DNA of 64,000 nucleotides. Source: Eutreptiella sp. 'Long Island Sound 2002' (lineage: Eukaryota; Protista; Euglenida). Where the stretch lies: NCBI GenBank assembly GCA_964036045.1, contig OZ038379.1, positions 65,162,001 through 65,226,000 on the forward strand, given 5' to 3'. Below are positions 14,271 through 27,200 of the stretch, piece by piece. The position numbers and the translations under genes are program-made. Each line of letters opens with the position of its first letter. The first letter of the stretch is position 1. The notes under the pieces are model-generated. The model worked only from the letters and a program-made list of their open reading frames with translations. It did no database searches and was not told the DNA's origin.

Positions 14271-14632
14271 AGTAGAATGTTTCTTGTTTGTAAATTGCAC
14301 AAGGCTCCTTTGTTAACCTCAAATGTAACATTTTTTTATGTTGCTTGCACTTCAAAATAGGCCCATAACAAGGGTTTGTTGGAAGAGACCCTGCATAATT
14401 CGAGTGCACTACCGTCTTCCAGTTTAGGTAGGCGCTTGCTAGGGCATCCAATAGTCCCCTGAAGACCCGCTTAGAACCTCAAAGTGGGCCATCATCACAG
14501 AGGTGCGGCTTGCTGTGGTCCCCATCACGCACCCCCAACTCAACCCACCCCTTTGAGAAGTTAGAACATTGAGGAGCTGAGGACCGTATTCGGTAACGCA
14601 AGCAGTCCCAGCCATTGTCCTTCATGTGTTCT

Positions 14633-14636
<4 letters not shown>

Positions 14637-14708
<72 letters not shown>
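14637..14708. repeat. (GT)n microsatellite
   Basis: Direct read; junction between the RT-like module and the EN module. Confidence 0.95.
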
Positions 14709-17627
14709 TATTCCCACACGCAGTGTCCCCTTCAAAATGTATCCCAAGGGTGGCGTTTGCTGAATAGCCTTACATGCCAAACAGACGAGTCCAGCTTATC
14801 ATACACTGCAAGCACAAAATCACTTCTGCAGCTTGCTGGTGGGAGGGTGGTTCCCCGTTCAAACTTGGCGCAGATTCCTCGGCCATCCCTCTACGTGCAG
14901 CAACGCTTGTGCCACAAACTAGATGGTACTAGTCTCTGGTACCCCCTGTATTGTTGTTCCTTTGTTCAGCACTACCCGTTGAGACAAGGCAGCTCTTTGA
15001 GTGGCAACTTTGTGGCGATGTGGTGGGACGCATGTCCGCAAATCCTAATCCCGACTTACACCCCCCTATGGTTGTGGTCTAAACGGGACGATGATTTGAG
15101 TTCTTTGTGTACCACCTTGGCCCCGTATGACACCTTGCGAGAAGGCAGTTCACCAGTACTTTGGTATAATGAAGCGGCCCGTCAGTGCTTGACAGCTATG
15201 CAACACCAACGGTTGTTCGCTTTATTTCAGAAGTACGGTACGGCACAGGTCCAAATGCCAGAAACCCCACATGCAAGACACATTTTGGTTTCCCTCCGAG
15301 TACCGATTGAGCGCGCGCTGGCGGACACTGCTTTAGGTAAGTGGGCCCAACGCTTGCAGTACAGTGTGCCATACCGGCCATACACATAGCACCCCACTCT
15401 GCGCCGGTGGCGACGAAAATCGTTCATCGGGAGCCAGCATTTGAACGTGTCACCACCACATTTTGTCATTTAGGTCTGTGTATCCCTGTGCACAGGGGGG
15501 GTGTACGTTGGTCTGACCACATAGACCCCAGTGCAGCGACAGCCCACGTTTTCATCCCGGACCACCACGCGCGCTCAGCCAGACCCGTCTGGAAAAGCGT
15601 TTCTGTGTACGCAGGCGCATGCAAGGGCAGCCACACACCTTGGCTAACAGTTCCCTAAAGACCTGCTGGGAAGTTCGAAATGGGCGGTCATCATGCGGGT
15701 GCGCCTTGCAGTGGTCCCCAACATGCACCCCCAACCCAACACACCCTTTTGGGAAGTCAAAATACTGAGGAGGTGAGGACCGTATTCGGTAATGCAAGCA
15801 CTCCTAGCCATTGTCCTTCATGTGTGATGTCTGTCCGTGTGTGTGTGTGTGTGTTCTCACATACACCATGCTTCTGCACTCAATATGTTCGCAATTTCAT
15901 GATGCCAAATCTGGAACACATATTGTGTTATAGCAAGCAAGAACATTTTTGCCAAGAAGCACATGGATGCTTAGGACCATGGGTCTTGCCTCTGCGACCC
16001 GCAACAAATTTAGTCCAGCCAAATTGGCGAGTATGTAAGGCCAGCAGAGCCAGCTTGGTGATTGGCACAGATATGTTCATGGCTGAAAATGTTTGTGCTG
16101 GGGACACTTGTGAGCAAAGTGGCTCCATAACCCGTGCTGCCTTGGGAGTTTCCAAAGGAGGAGTATGTTAGAAGCCGCTGCATAACCCATGCCGTCCGGG
16201 TTCCCCAAAACGGTGCCATGTGTGTGTGTATGGCACCACGTGTGCCCCCCCGGACGGACCACCATTGGGTTGTCCCCATCAAAAAGATACCTGCAAACTA
16301 GTAACATGGTGTGTTCAATGTATGTCCCTTCCTCAACCATGGATCTCATACACAGCAGAAATTGTACTTGCTTTGGTTGAAGGATGCACAAAGAGAATAG
16401 GACACAAAGTGATCTCATGTTTCTTTGCCATACGGTGCAAGATGCAAGGACCACCAATATTGGAGGTCCCCGCCGACCTCCGAGCTATGGAAATCCCACT
16501 CAAAGACATGGGCAATGTCATCGTTTTAAATAGATTGTATCTTCCCCAAGAAGTGCGGGAGGACGTACACAGCCGTGCAATCGGGGCGATAGGGGTGGGG
16601 CAAGGCACACAACTCGTTCCTCCCACCACCCCACTGCAGGTGGCTTGATTGAGTTAGCTCATACCTAACCCACATCCGAAACCGGCCCTGTCAGTGACCC
16701 ACAATGCTTTGTGTACTCTCAATGGACACTTGGTGGAACTTTGGTCATGCGTTAAAAAAATATGTTTCTTTGCCATGCAAATGTAGGAAGCAACTCACCC
16801 CGCCTCTTGCCATCACTGCCATAGCTTGCCGTAGCTTTTTTACATGTTAGTGAAGTCAATGAAGGTCACAATGGCACCCTAAGACCACATTCATCACGAT
16901 ACTGGCCCACACGCAAATTTAGTCGTGCAGAAATACAAATTGGCGTGGAAGTAAAGTAGGATGTTTCTTCTTTGTAAATTGCACAAGGCTCCTGTGTCAA
17001 GGCTCAAACGTAACATTTTTTTTCATATTGCTTGCACTTCAAAATGGGCCCATAACAAGGGTTTGTTGGAAGAGACCCTACATAATTCGAGTGCATTACC
17101 GTCTTTGAGTTCAGGCAGGCGCATGCAAGGGCAGCCACACACCTTGGCTAACAGTCCCCTGAAGACCTGCTTGGAAGCTCGAAATGGGCGGTCACCACAC
17201 GGGTGCGCCTTGCCGTGGTCCCCAACATGCACCCCCAACCCAACCCACCCTTTTGGGAAGTCAAAATACTGAGGAGGTGAGGACCGTATTCGGTACTGCA
17301 AGCACTCCTAGCCATTGTCCATCATGTGTGATGTCTGTCCGTGTGTGTGTGTCTGTTTGTGTTTGTGTGTGTTCTCAAGTACACCATGCTTCCGCACTCA
17401 ATATGTTCGCAATTTCATGATGCCAAATATGGCCCACAAATTGTGTTACGGCAAGCACGAACATTTTTTCCAAGAAGTAGATGGATGCTTAGGACCATGG
17501 GTCTTGGCTCTGCGACCAGCAACAAACTTAGTCCACCCAAATTCGCGAGTGTGTAAGGCCAGCAGAGCCAGCTTGGTGATTGGCACAGGTCTGTTCATGG
17601 CTGAAAGTGTCTGTGGTGGGGACATTT

Positions 17628-17766
17628 AGTCCATCGATCGATGCAGCCCGTATGCATACCCTGGCTTCGCCGAAATCTGTATCTTACTTCGAACTTGGTC
17701 CACCGTGGCCCCTGGCACTTATGAACTGGCCTTTTTGATCAAAAAAAAAAAAAAAGTCCATCGATC
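17628..17766 (+). mobile_element. Short poly(A)-tailed retroposed insert with 12-bp TSD
   Basis: AGTCCATCGATC at 17628-17639 and 17755-17766 flanks ~100 nt ending in A15 (17741-17755). Confidence 0.7.
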
Positions 17767-18234
17767 TTGAGTAATGAATTTGTGCCGTTGCCCCCAGTGA
17801 TAGGGTCAACGGTGTCTTGAGAAAACCAATGTGCGGGCATCTTTGTTCAGTGCACAGACCTTATGCGAGATGCAAATCTCTTGTGGCTACGCTGGTATCA
17901 TCCTGCAAATCTGGAAAAAAGCACTGTCAAAACCGGTGTATGCTGTGAGTACACTCTTGCAAAGGGTTTCAAGTCGTGGTCATTTTCTGATTTCCCACGA
18001 TTTCTGTGCAGTTTGTGAGCATTGGTTTGTGTTGGATGTTTGTAAACGTGCTGAGAAACATTTGGCGAGCATTCAGAGGTCTTGTCTGAGGAAGAATATT
18101 CATGGCCCCACAATCAAAAATGTGCAAGTACAATGATCACTGCCCTCCTCGTTGTCAATGTTTGTTCCCAGAGCCATCATGGTCGTTCAAATGTTTGAAG
18201 CTGCGTGACTGTGAGGCACGGCATCATTCAAGCC

Positions 18235-18356
18235 ATGGCCCCTCCAGCCATGGAGACGGCCGATGTGGAGGCCGACTTGCAGCGCATTTCAGAGCGGGCT
18301 GGCAAGAGGAAGGACCACATGGCCATCAAGTCTCTGGTTGACAACATCCTCAAACG
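18235..18356 (+). CDS. ARF-GEF exon 1 (MAPPAMETADVEADLQRISERAGKRKDHMAIKSLVDNILK)
   Basis: ATG at 18235 (alternative 18250); donor CG|GTTAGC at 18357, phase 2, matches the phase-2 acceptor at 19673; resembles the BIG N-terminal helices. Confidence 0.7.
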
Positions 18357-21179
18357 GTTAGCCCCTGTTCATCACAGGGTCAGATCTCTACAACTCAACC
18401 CCCGTTTCCTGGATACGTTTGGCTGTGCCTTGCACAGTCCACCTGCAGTGCACGTTTTTGATATGCTTGCAGTGCTACAAAAAACACTCACTGCTTGATG
18501 GATGAACCTGCTGTTTTTTCCTCAACCGATAGATCCGTCATAAGTTTGGCTGGGCCGCAAAATACAACAGCAAAGGGGACTTGAAGGCAACAGTCCTGTA
18601 ATTCCCGTGCCTGGGGCACCGACTGCCCTATGATGGGGTACTGTGCCACACTCTCCTGTGTTTGTCCTTACGCAACTCTGACCCGTGAGATTTCGGAGGG
18701 CAGATCTGGACACATGGTGTACCAGAGCCATCGGACGCGTGCTGTACATGGTTCTGACCATGTTTGCCGCTGAGTAGACCCATTGCTTGCATAGTAACCA
18801 AAGATTGCTCCCACAGGGCAAACTGGTCCAGACACGTATGCTATCCTCCTCTGCAAGCACAGACGCAGCAATAGGATGCTGGCAAGAAAACGACAATGAT
18901 GCTACGCCTCTCTACGTTGTTAAAGGGAGTACAGCAGTGTGCACAGAAGGGGGTGGCTCCGAGCCCCCACAAGACAGGGGCGGGGTTCACAGTGGCCCCT
19001 TATGGCAGGACCCTGCCTACTGCAGCTACAGATCAGCAAAGTGGATGGCAATCACTTGGTATGAGGCTGTTGCTCAGCATTTGAGGCATTGGTCCCGTCA
19101 AGGCAACCCACGAGATCCACATGGACCATTTGCGTGTTTGCACACTCTTTTTCTGAGCCTGTGTTGATACCTACTCCACACTTCATTGCACAAGTACGGC
19201 CAAAACCGGGCAAAACAACGGTCAGATGTGGGCCCTGTGCTTAGACAACGCCATGCTGATGCACGACCCGTAGTGCCACAAGAAAGGTGCGCCGCACATG
19301 CACCCAGATGACTGAGTATGCCCACAAGCTGCCCGAGGGCAGACATGACAAATTGGCAGAGTCTCACGAAATATTTGCGCAGTGTGCCATCCACCGTCTG
19401 GGATTTTTTTTTCGAAAACCCAGGACCCAACAATAGTGGCTGGCACATGCTCATCAGCGGTGAAACGGATGTACGTGACAGCGCATGTCGGGTACAGCAA
19501 CGTGGCCATGGCTGGGCATCACATCACAACACAGTGGGTTGTGGTCTCAACCGCCAGGGTGCCATCAGCAAATAGACGGGATTGCCCTGCTTCGACAAGG
19601 CCGCGGTAGTGCAAGGGTGAGGGGAGGGGGGTGGCATCTGGCAGAATAGCCGCTGTCCCCTGCGGTGCGCAGGTTCCCGGCAGACGTGAGTTCGAATCAG
19701 ATTGTGGATGCGCTGAAGCTGGGGTGCGAGTCGAAGAGCTCCAAGATCATCGAGTTGTGCCTGGACTGCTTTCAGCACATGATTTTAGGGGTATGCCTGA
19801 TCCCGTGCGGGAGTCATGACATGAGCCTGTTCCTTGGCATTTGCTGTTCACAGGCCATCATTTCCGTTGCTGTTACGGGTGCCCACCCCCCCTTCCCGAC
19901 CCCCAGGGCACAGACACGCATCCCACACGATTGCAGCATTTTTCGGCACTAGTCTCCCATTATGAGGCATCCTGTGATCGACCTGTCTGCAAACGTCTCA
20001 TGATCACAGGCACAAATCTGGCATTTCCAGTTTGTTGAACACGGGGTCATACCGCTCCCAGCACCCCTGCAGATGTCCAATCGACTCTTGACACATGCGA
20101 CGGCCCAGCACTATGCACTACGAACTTGGCATCAACGCAGGACATCTATCACAAACAGTGTTCCGAATAAGAATGGCGTCATTCTGGAGGTGGGGGGGGG
20201 ATGGCTACCTGTGACAATGTCACAGTTTGATGTCACACCTGGCTTTTTTCAGGCTGATGGTGACAGTGCTCACTGGTTGTAACAGTGACTGTGACTGTGA
20301 CTGTGACTGTGACTGTGACTGTGACTTTTGTCATTTGTTTCCTTCTGTTTGCCCTTGTTCTGTGAGTTGGGCTGCGAGGATGCACTTGATCGCTACGGAG
20401 GACATTGACCCAGGCACGTTTCCTTTTGAGGTGGTTGCTGGTCTGTGCTGCCAAGCCTAGACGGCGTGTGCAGCTGCAGCACAAGGAGCGGAAACCAAGG
20501 GCCAAGGTATCCAAGGAACCAGGGCCCATGCAGAACGATAATGATGGGCAGGACACAGAGTGGGGCTCTTTGTTTGATGAGACAGGGTTTCAGTCACAGG
20601 GTAGTTCAGATTCTCTGTCTACCATCTCCAGCAGCAATGACAGTTCCAGTCACAGCTCCAGTGGCACTGACAGCAGTGCCTAATGCCTGAGCAATCTGCC
20701 GTATTGTGCTCTGAGTTGTGCCCTGCCGTATGCTGCCCTGCACCTGTGACATGTGACATATGACAGAGGGGGGGGGGGCTGGCAAGGGAGACTAACCCCC
20801 CCCCCCTCTTATTCAGAACCCTGATCACAAACACCCGGAACACCGATGGATATATGATGCGAAACAGAGCAGAGAAGTTGATGCGGCGGCCATGCTATCG
20901 GTCCAATAACACCATTTTGTGTTCTTCTGTTCCCATTGCTCTTGCACTGCGCACGCACTGCACGCGCACTGTAGTTTCAATGCCCATTCACCGCCCACCC
21001 AGTGCCCATGTACTGCGGCCCATTTGCTGCCCATTCAACGGCCGCTTACTCTGCGCCTCCGGCACATGTAGGGCTGGTTCAATGCCCAACCGGCCGCAAG
21101 TCCAAAGGGCAACAATTCAAGACACAGAAGAACTCCTTCAAGAGTGGCCCAAAACGCTCGGCACAGCTATGCTTTGGTA

Positions 21180-21266
<87 letters not shown>

Positions 21267-24200
21267 GTTGTTGTTGACGCGTGTATTTTGTCCACGAGCA
21301 CAGCCCTTCCGCTTTCGCTTTAGATAGATGCTGACATTATTTCAAGAGCATCTTCCTATAAGTCATGATGGGACCCCTCAACAACCGTTGAATGGAGCAT
21401 TAGAATTGTGTAAGTAAGACACGGGTGTTATTGCACCAGAATTTCTGGGGCGTTAAACAGGAACATTTGGGTCGTGTAGCGGTGCTCATTTGCTACATGT
21501 CCTGCAACTGCACATTGCACCTTTTTCATGCCCAGCCCATGGCATCCTCACGCGTCTCTTGCAAGCCGATCATGCTATGCACGGTTCACAGAACACCATT
21601 CTCACCGTCTCTGAGCCCTGTGGCCCGAATGCCCCATCATTCTTCACTTGTGATTCACCGCGATACAAGGTGCACACAAACAACCATATTCCATATCTCT
21701 TGGGGACAAGAGAAACACACGAACACGAAGCGTTTTTCAGAGTCGCTGGCATTGTTGCCTCGTTTGTGCCTACTGAGTGTCCCATAGGTAGGGAGGGGCA
21801 TGCGGGGTATATTCGGAAAGCCATTGAAGAGGGATTTTCGGAGATGTATGGGTTAAGGGGGGGGCGGGGCTCCGGAACCCTATTTTTTTTTCCGAAAATC
21901 AACCATTACCGTTGACGGTTTGGGTTTGGGTTTGGGTTTGGGTTTTTTGCCTGTTCTGGTCAGGTTTCAGACATTCCTGCCCCACTCCCCACCCCCATTA
22001 CCGGGTACCCTTTGCGGGGGGGTGTTGAGGGATTCCCCCCCATTTTTGGGGTGGGGAGTTCGAAAAAATATGTTTTGGAGAAGGTTGGGACAGTGGGAGA
22101 GCTGTACGAGGGCTAAATTATGAAAAAATAGGGTACAACATTACTGTTGATAGGATCCTACTGGGAGTGCTAAAAATAGCCATTTTACCCTCAAAAATAG
22201 CCCATCCCTACCCTTTAGCCCCCCCCCCCCTACCATGGAAGTTGACAACATTCCCCTTCCTTTTGCTCATTTTCGTCATTCACAGGGGGTGTACCGTGCG
22301 CTGTGCACGCGCTGTGCGAAAAGTTGGCCGTTCTCCACCACCGGGAGTTCGGTAAGTTCAGAAGATTGGAAGGATGTCATTGAATGGCTGTTGCAGTGGA
22401 CGGGGCTATAGGGGGCAGAATTTAGGTCCCTGGGACCCATGGCAAGCATCAGATGTTTGAATTTTTGAGATTTGAATTGGTTGTGCATGATTCCGCAGGT
22501 GGGTGGTTTTCGGGGCTGTTACCCGGATAATCACCGTAATAATTGGCGCTGTGCGCGCACTGTGCGCGCGCTGTGCCCGCGCTGTGCGCGCGCTGTGCGA
22601 AAACGCCCCCACAGTCACTTGTAGGGGTGAATATTCGCTCACATCACTAATGTTGTCCCTATTTTTTAGCAATCTGCGCACGATGATGTCATACCCTATT
22701 TTTAGCCCTCCCAACCCCTTACTAGGCCCCAAAACCCACCCCTGCCCATCTAAATATCTTCCAAAACATTTTTTTTTGAGCTCTCCACCCTCGAAGTAGG
22801 GTGATGTGTCCATACTTGACCATGTGTCCATACATCCATGAAGGGAAATTACAGATGGGTAAAAAACCACTGCTTTTGGTCCGTGTTCACGTACCATGGC
22901 CGTCCCCAAGAGATATGTGTTGAATGATTGGGGATAGAGTTTGAGCTCATTCTTTCCGGTGGCCATTTTGGGTCGCAGTTGTCCCGCCAGCGGTTGAGTG
23001 GTGGTCAGCCCCACCGTGCTGTCCGCCAGTGATTGTTTGGCCTCTGAACCACCAAGAAAATGATTGTGGTGGCCCGAAGTTGCTGAGGGACTTTTGTAAG
23101 CCCAAGGAAGGGGGGAAGTAGCAAAAAGGGAGCGAAGGTTGGGGCGGCAGAGGACAAGGAAGGGGAAAGGCTGGATCAGAGGAGTGAGGCAAGGGTAGCA
23201 GGGCGAAGTGATCCGTTTCATCTGTTTGAATCATGGTCCCGCAGGGCGGGGGGAGGGGGGGGCGCTGCTGGGACTCTTGCGGTTACCCCGGGTGTTTGTA
23301 CGGGGTGCCCCTGAATTAGAGGGGCGCAAGGCGCTGACCACCCTCTGAATCCTCTTGCAGCTTTGGCGCTATGGCGGCTCTGAAGGCCCCGCCACCAGCA
23401 AGCGAGCTGCGACAGGCGTCATGTGGACACATGGCCGTGTCATCGTTTGGACACGTCCGTGAAAACAGTCGGGTGGACACGGCTTTGTGACACGCAGCTC
23501 CTTTTGTGAGCCCCCCATCCCCACGGGCTCTGGGGGGTCCGGGCTCATGGAGCTGCTGTAGGGCACGCCATTGCCATCTCCACCACTGAGTTCTCAGGGA
23601 AAGAGGACACGGGGCCCTCAAATGGTCACCACACGCTCCTCCTTCTTCATTGCATTGGCCCCTCGGCCCTTCTCTGCCTCAGAGCATCGTCAGTCAGCCA
23701 GGACCCCCCCTTCTACGTGCACTTGGCATGGCCCAGCCTTGCGCTCTCAGGGTATCTTCATAGAGTCCGTCACGGTGTTGTACAACTATACGTCCTTTCT
23801 GATCCAGAGGGCCGTTGTGCAGTGTCTGTCCCTCGCCGTTGTATGCCCCAAATGCGGCCTCAACGGGGACATGCTGCTGTCGGCCATCCGGACCACGTAC
23901 AACATTGCCCTCATGTCGCGTGCGCCCAATGTACAGAAGGTGCGGCTCTCTGCAACGCCAGAGTCCAATGAGGGGCAGGGCTGTCCGTAAGGACATGAAA
24001 AGTCTTCTGCTTAACTCAGGACGGTGCGTAGGACTCTGGGCCAGCGGTTGCGGGCGAAGCGTCGGCGGCTGGCTGCCAATCCCCAGCAATTAACAGCCGG
24101 GCTTTTGTTGATTTGAACACCGACTGGTACCAACTGCTGTCAGTCGATGTCAGGCTATTTGTTATCAGGTGACGGGTGTTTGTTACCTGTTGTTGATGGG

Positions 24201-27200
24201 TCAGTCTGCTACTGCACCGTGTGAACTTGTTGGTGAGGCGAGTTGGAACAGTTTCTTTTGCTCTTCAGAATTCTGGCCGGTCTTGGTCAGAGAAGCAGGG
24301 AAGCAGATTGTTTCAACGAGTAGCGCACAAACACACAAAGACAACAACAACAACAACAGGAGCAATGACAACAAGAAACACAATGGTACAACCGAAACAT
24401 AAGCGGTGGGGGGGCTAGCTCCAGGCGCCCTGGGCTGAGGGCTAAGAAGCCTGAGCCCATGGCACCTGCTTCTGAAACCCGGTCTGTAGATGTGGATTCT
24501 GAACCCCTTGGGGCTACTCGGCTAGAGCGGCTGTTTAATGATTCTAGTGTTGCCCATAGTGGAGCCCAGTGCTGTTCTTCTAGGTGGCTTCCTTCAAATT
24601 TTGAAAGACACTTCTTGCGGAGTCTTTTGCAACATGTTCAATACCATTTCCATTATTTCTTTATTCTGCCTACCATGTTTCTGTGTGCCGGTCCTGTGTA
24701 AGTTTTACGGCGCAGGCACACCAAAAAAAGCAGCCTACTGTTTTGCAAGACTTTCCAGTGGCACCTTTCACCTTGTAGACGAGGGCTGCCTCTGTTTGCG
24801 GTTTGGATGCAAAGACAGTGTTTAGCTGAAATGGTTGCTGAGATGTTTGCCCACCTTTGTTCTTTCAGGTATTGGTATTTCTTATGGTTGCTCTGTAAAA
24901 CCTATTTCGTCTGTCAGCTGAAATGTGCATATTGCCATGCCTACTATTTGCTGCCCTATGAACGGGCTATACAGTAGGGGTCAATAGGCCTGCTGCAAGG
25001 TTTTCTTCTCAAACAGCCTTTTTTTACTTTACCTTTGAGTAATTGGCGGTTGTTGTTTACTTTGTTTTTTCATTTTTCTGCCCATTTTTTTACGGCACCA
25101 GCACATGTATCTGTTTGAAGGTGGGACACCCTTTCTGGGCAGAACTTAAATTTTTACTGCGTTTTTTTGCACAGCCACTGTGTATGTCTGTGCTGTTGTG
25201 TGGGATGTTGCAACTGCTTCCCCGTATTATTATTCAACAGAGACCACATAATTTGGGTGATAGCGGAAGTCCTGTCCCATCAGTGAGAGGCACAATCACC
25301 TGGAGATCCATAATAGTGATGCAGGGACCGGTACATACGTGCACCACTGCCGGTAGTACTGCCACATCTACTGTGTTTCCAGGATGCGCGGGATGCCATT
25401 ACTCGCATGTTGGGTGTGGTGCTGGATCAGCTGGAGGAGTCTTCACAAGATTTGGAGCAGTGGCATCAGGTGTTTGCCCCTCCACCATGCATCCCAATTT
25501 GCCTCTTGGACGTACATGATGCAGATTGCCTCTGAAGGGGAGGGGGGGGGCTGCAACAGGATGTTCTTGGCACGGATGGAAGTAAAGAGTTCCGTCCTCC
25601 ATAGCCCCCCGTTGCACGAGGACATCAAAAAAGAAACTGGGTCGTCCTTGTGTAATTTCGCATCCAGAAGCCTGCCCCCGCCACCAAAAGCATTGCATCA
25701 ATTTTACATCCGAAATGGGCTTTGGGATGTTCCACTGTCTATGAGTTCTGACTGACAACTGCGCAGGTCTAGAATGTGAGGTATTCATTGTAGTGAGTCT
25801 GTGTTTTGGGTACTACAGGTGCTCTGGACCCATCCACAAATGCCCCGAGCATACCCCTTGCCCACAGGAGGAACTTACGGGGCAACCGCCTCCCTACACC
25901 AATGGGGAACAACACTTTTGCCAATGAAACAACACGTGTCTAGTACCGATAGCAAGAAGGCAAGGGTTATGTAGCCTCTTTAATTTCTCCCCACACAGGG
26001 ACCCCAAGAGGGTAGGGGTTACGTAGTCACCTCAATTCTCCTATCTGTTGGGACCCAGGGCGTGGGTTATGTAGTTTTTTTTGATGTGTCACATGCGGGG
26101 CAAAGAGTTGTGGCAACGAGGGCACAATGTAGCCAATGAAAGCGTGCCTCAGTGCATTGGAAGGGAAAGGAGATGGAAAGGAGCTCTCCACGAGAATAGA
26201 GCGATGACTGTGATGTGGATAAGCCCGGCGTTTTAGGGCATATGCGGATACCCTGCCACGACAAAAGTTTGTGTGTAGTACCCAGCTTGTTGAGGATGCT
26301 TGTACATTTTTGTTGCACGAGGCTGTTGTTTCCACTGATTCTGAATGAATTCTTACCAGAACATTATCTTCAGTTGCCCTGTGTCTTACCGTGCTCGCTG
26401 GGTGCCTTCATTCCACCAGGTGCCTTATTCAGCCCCCTCTCCCCTACCACTTTGGTCCCAACCATAACCATTGTTGGGCGAAACCGGGGTGCCATAGGTG
26501 CGCGAAAATTTTTGTTGACATCCACACACATGTGGATTCTTTTGTTCCTCTCATATTCAACATGATGAGAATTGTTGTGGCAACCCACATGTGCTATTTA
26601 CACCTTGAATTGTCGGCATTTTGATCTCCGCTCCTTGAGACGGCATGGGTTGCGAGGCCATTTTGATTCCAGCCCACTTTGGGGTCTTGGAGATGGCAAG
26701 GGGTGCCTAGCCATTTTGATTCCACCCTGCTGTGGGGTCATGGAGACAGCGGGGGGTATCCCGCTTTGGAGTCCTCGAGACAGCACAGGGTACATGGCCA
26801 CTTTTATTCCAACCCTCTTTAGGGTCTTGGAGATGGTAGGGGGTATGTAGCCACTTTGATTCCACCCATCTCTGGAGTCCTCGAGACAGCACAGGGTACA
26901 TGGCCACTTTTATTCCAACCCTCTTTAGGGTCTTGGAGATGGTAGGGGGTATGTAGCCACTTTGATTCCACCCATCTCTGGGGTCCTAGAGATAGCAAGG
27001 GTTGCATGGCAACTGTGATTCAACCCCACTTTGGGATGATGGAGACGGTAGGGGGGTATGTTGCCACCTTGATTCCGGCCCGCTTTTGGGTCTCCGAGAT
27101 GGCAAGTGGCGCGAAGTCAATTTGATTGCACCCCTCTTCTCCCATCTGAGTGCGCAAGGAATATGCAGGGAGGGCTTGGCCGCAATTTTCTGTAATTGCC

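Larger units (their letters stand above)
2550..17627 (+). mobile_element. Tandem/inverted array of degenerate Penelope-like retroelement fragments (N-terminal GIY-YIG, Chlamys/Naiad-like)
   Basis: Repeated ~1.5-kb RT-like modules (start motif near 2580, 8840, 10340, 16850; partial near 12300, 14250; inverted 3877-4533) and ~1.9-kb EN-bearing modules (10855, 12730, 14708). Decayed motifs: IPLKDMGNVIVL.RLY, LPxLFYM, CKLHKAP..CTSK, FS..YTMLPH. Many stops and frameshifts. Confidence 0.7.

Noticed and set aside
18160-18171. TTTGTTCCCAG as a spliced-leader trans-splice acceptor for the ARF-GEF
   Set aside because: It would leave an out-of-frame upstream ATG at 18179, and host trans-splicing is not established; needs 5' cDNA data.
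20854-21327. Poly-Val/poly-Leu ORFs
   Set aside because: Translation of the (GTT)n microsatellite inside an intron.
25820-25960. Additional ARF-GEF exon after TACTACAG
   Set aside because: Not needed: exon 5 joins exon 6 in phase; no similarity to BIG proteins, and the 3' part merges into a minisatellite.
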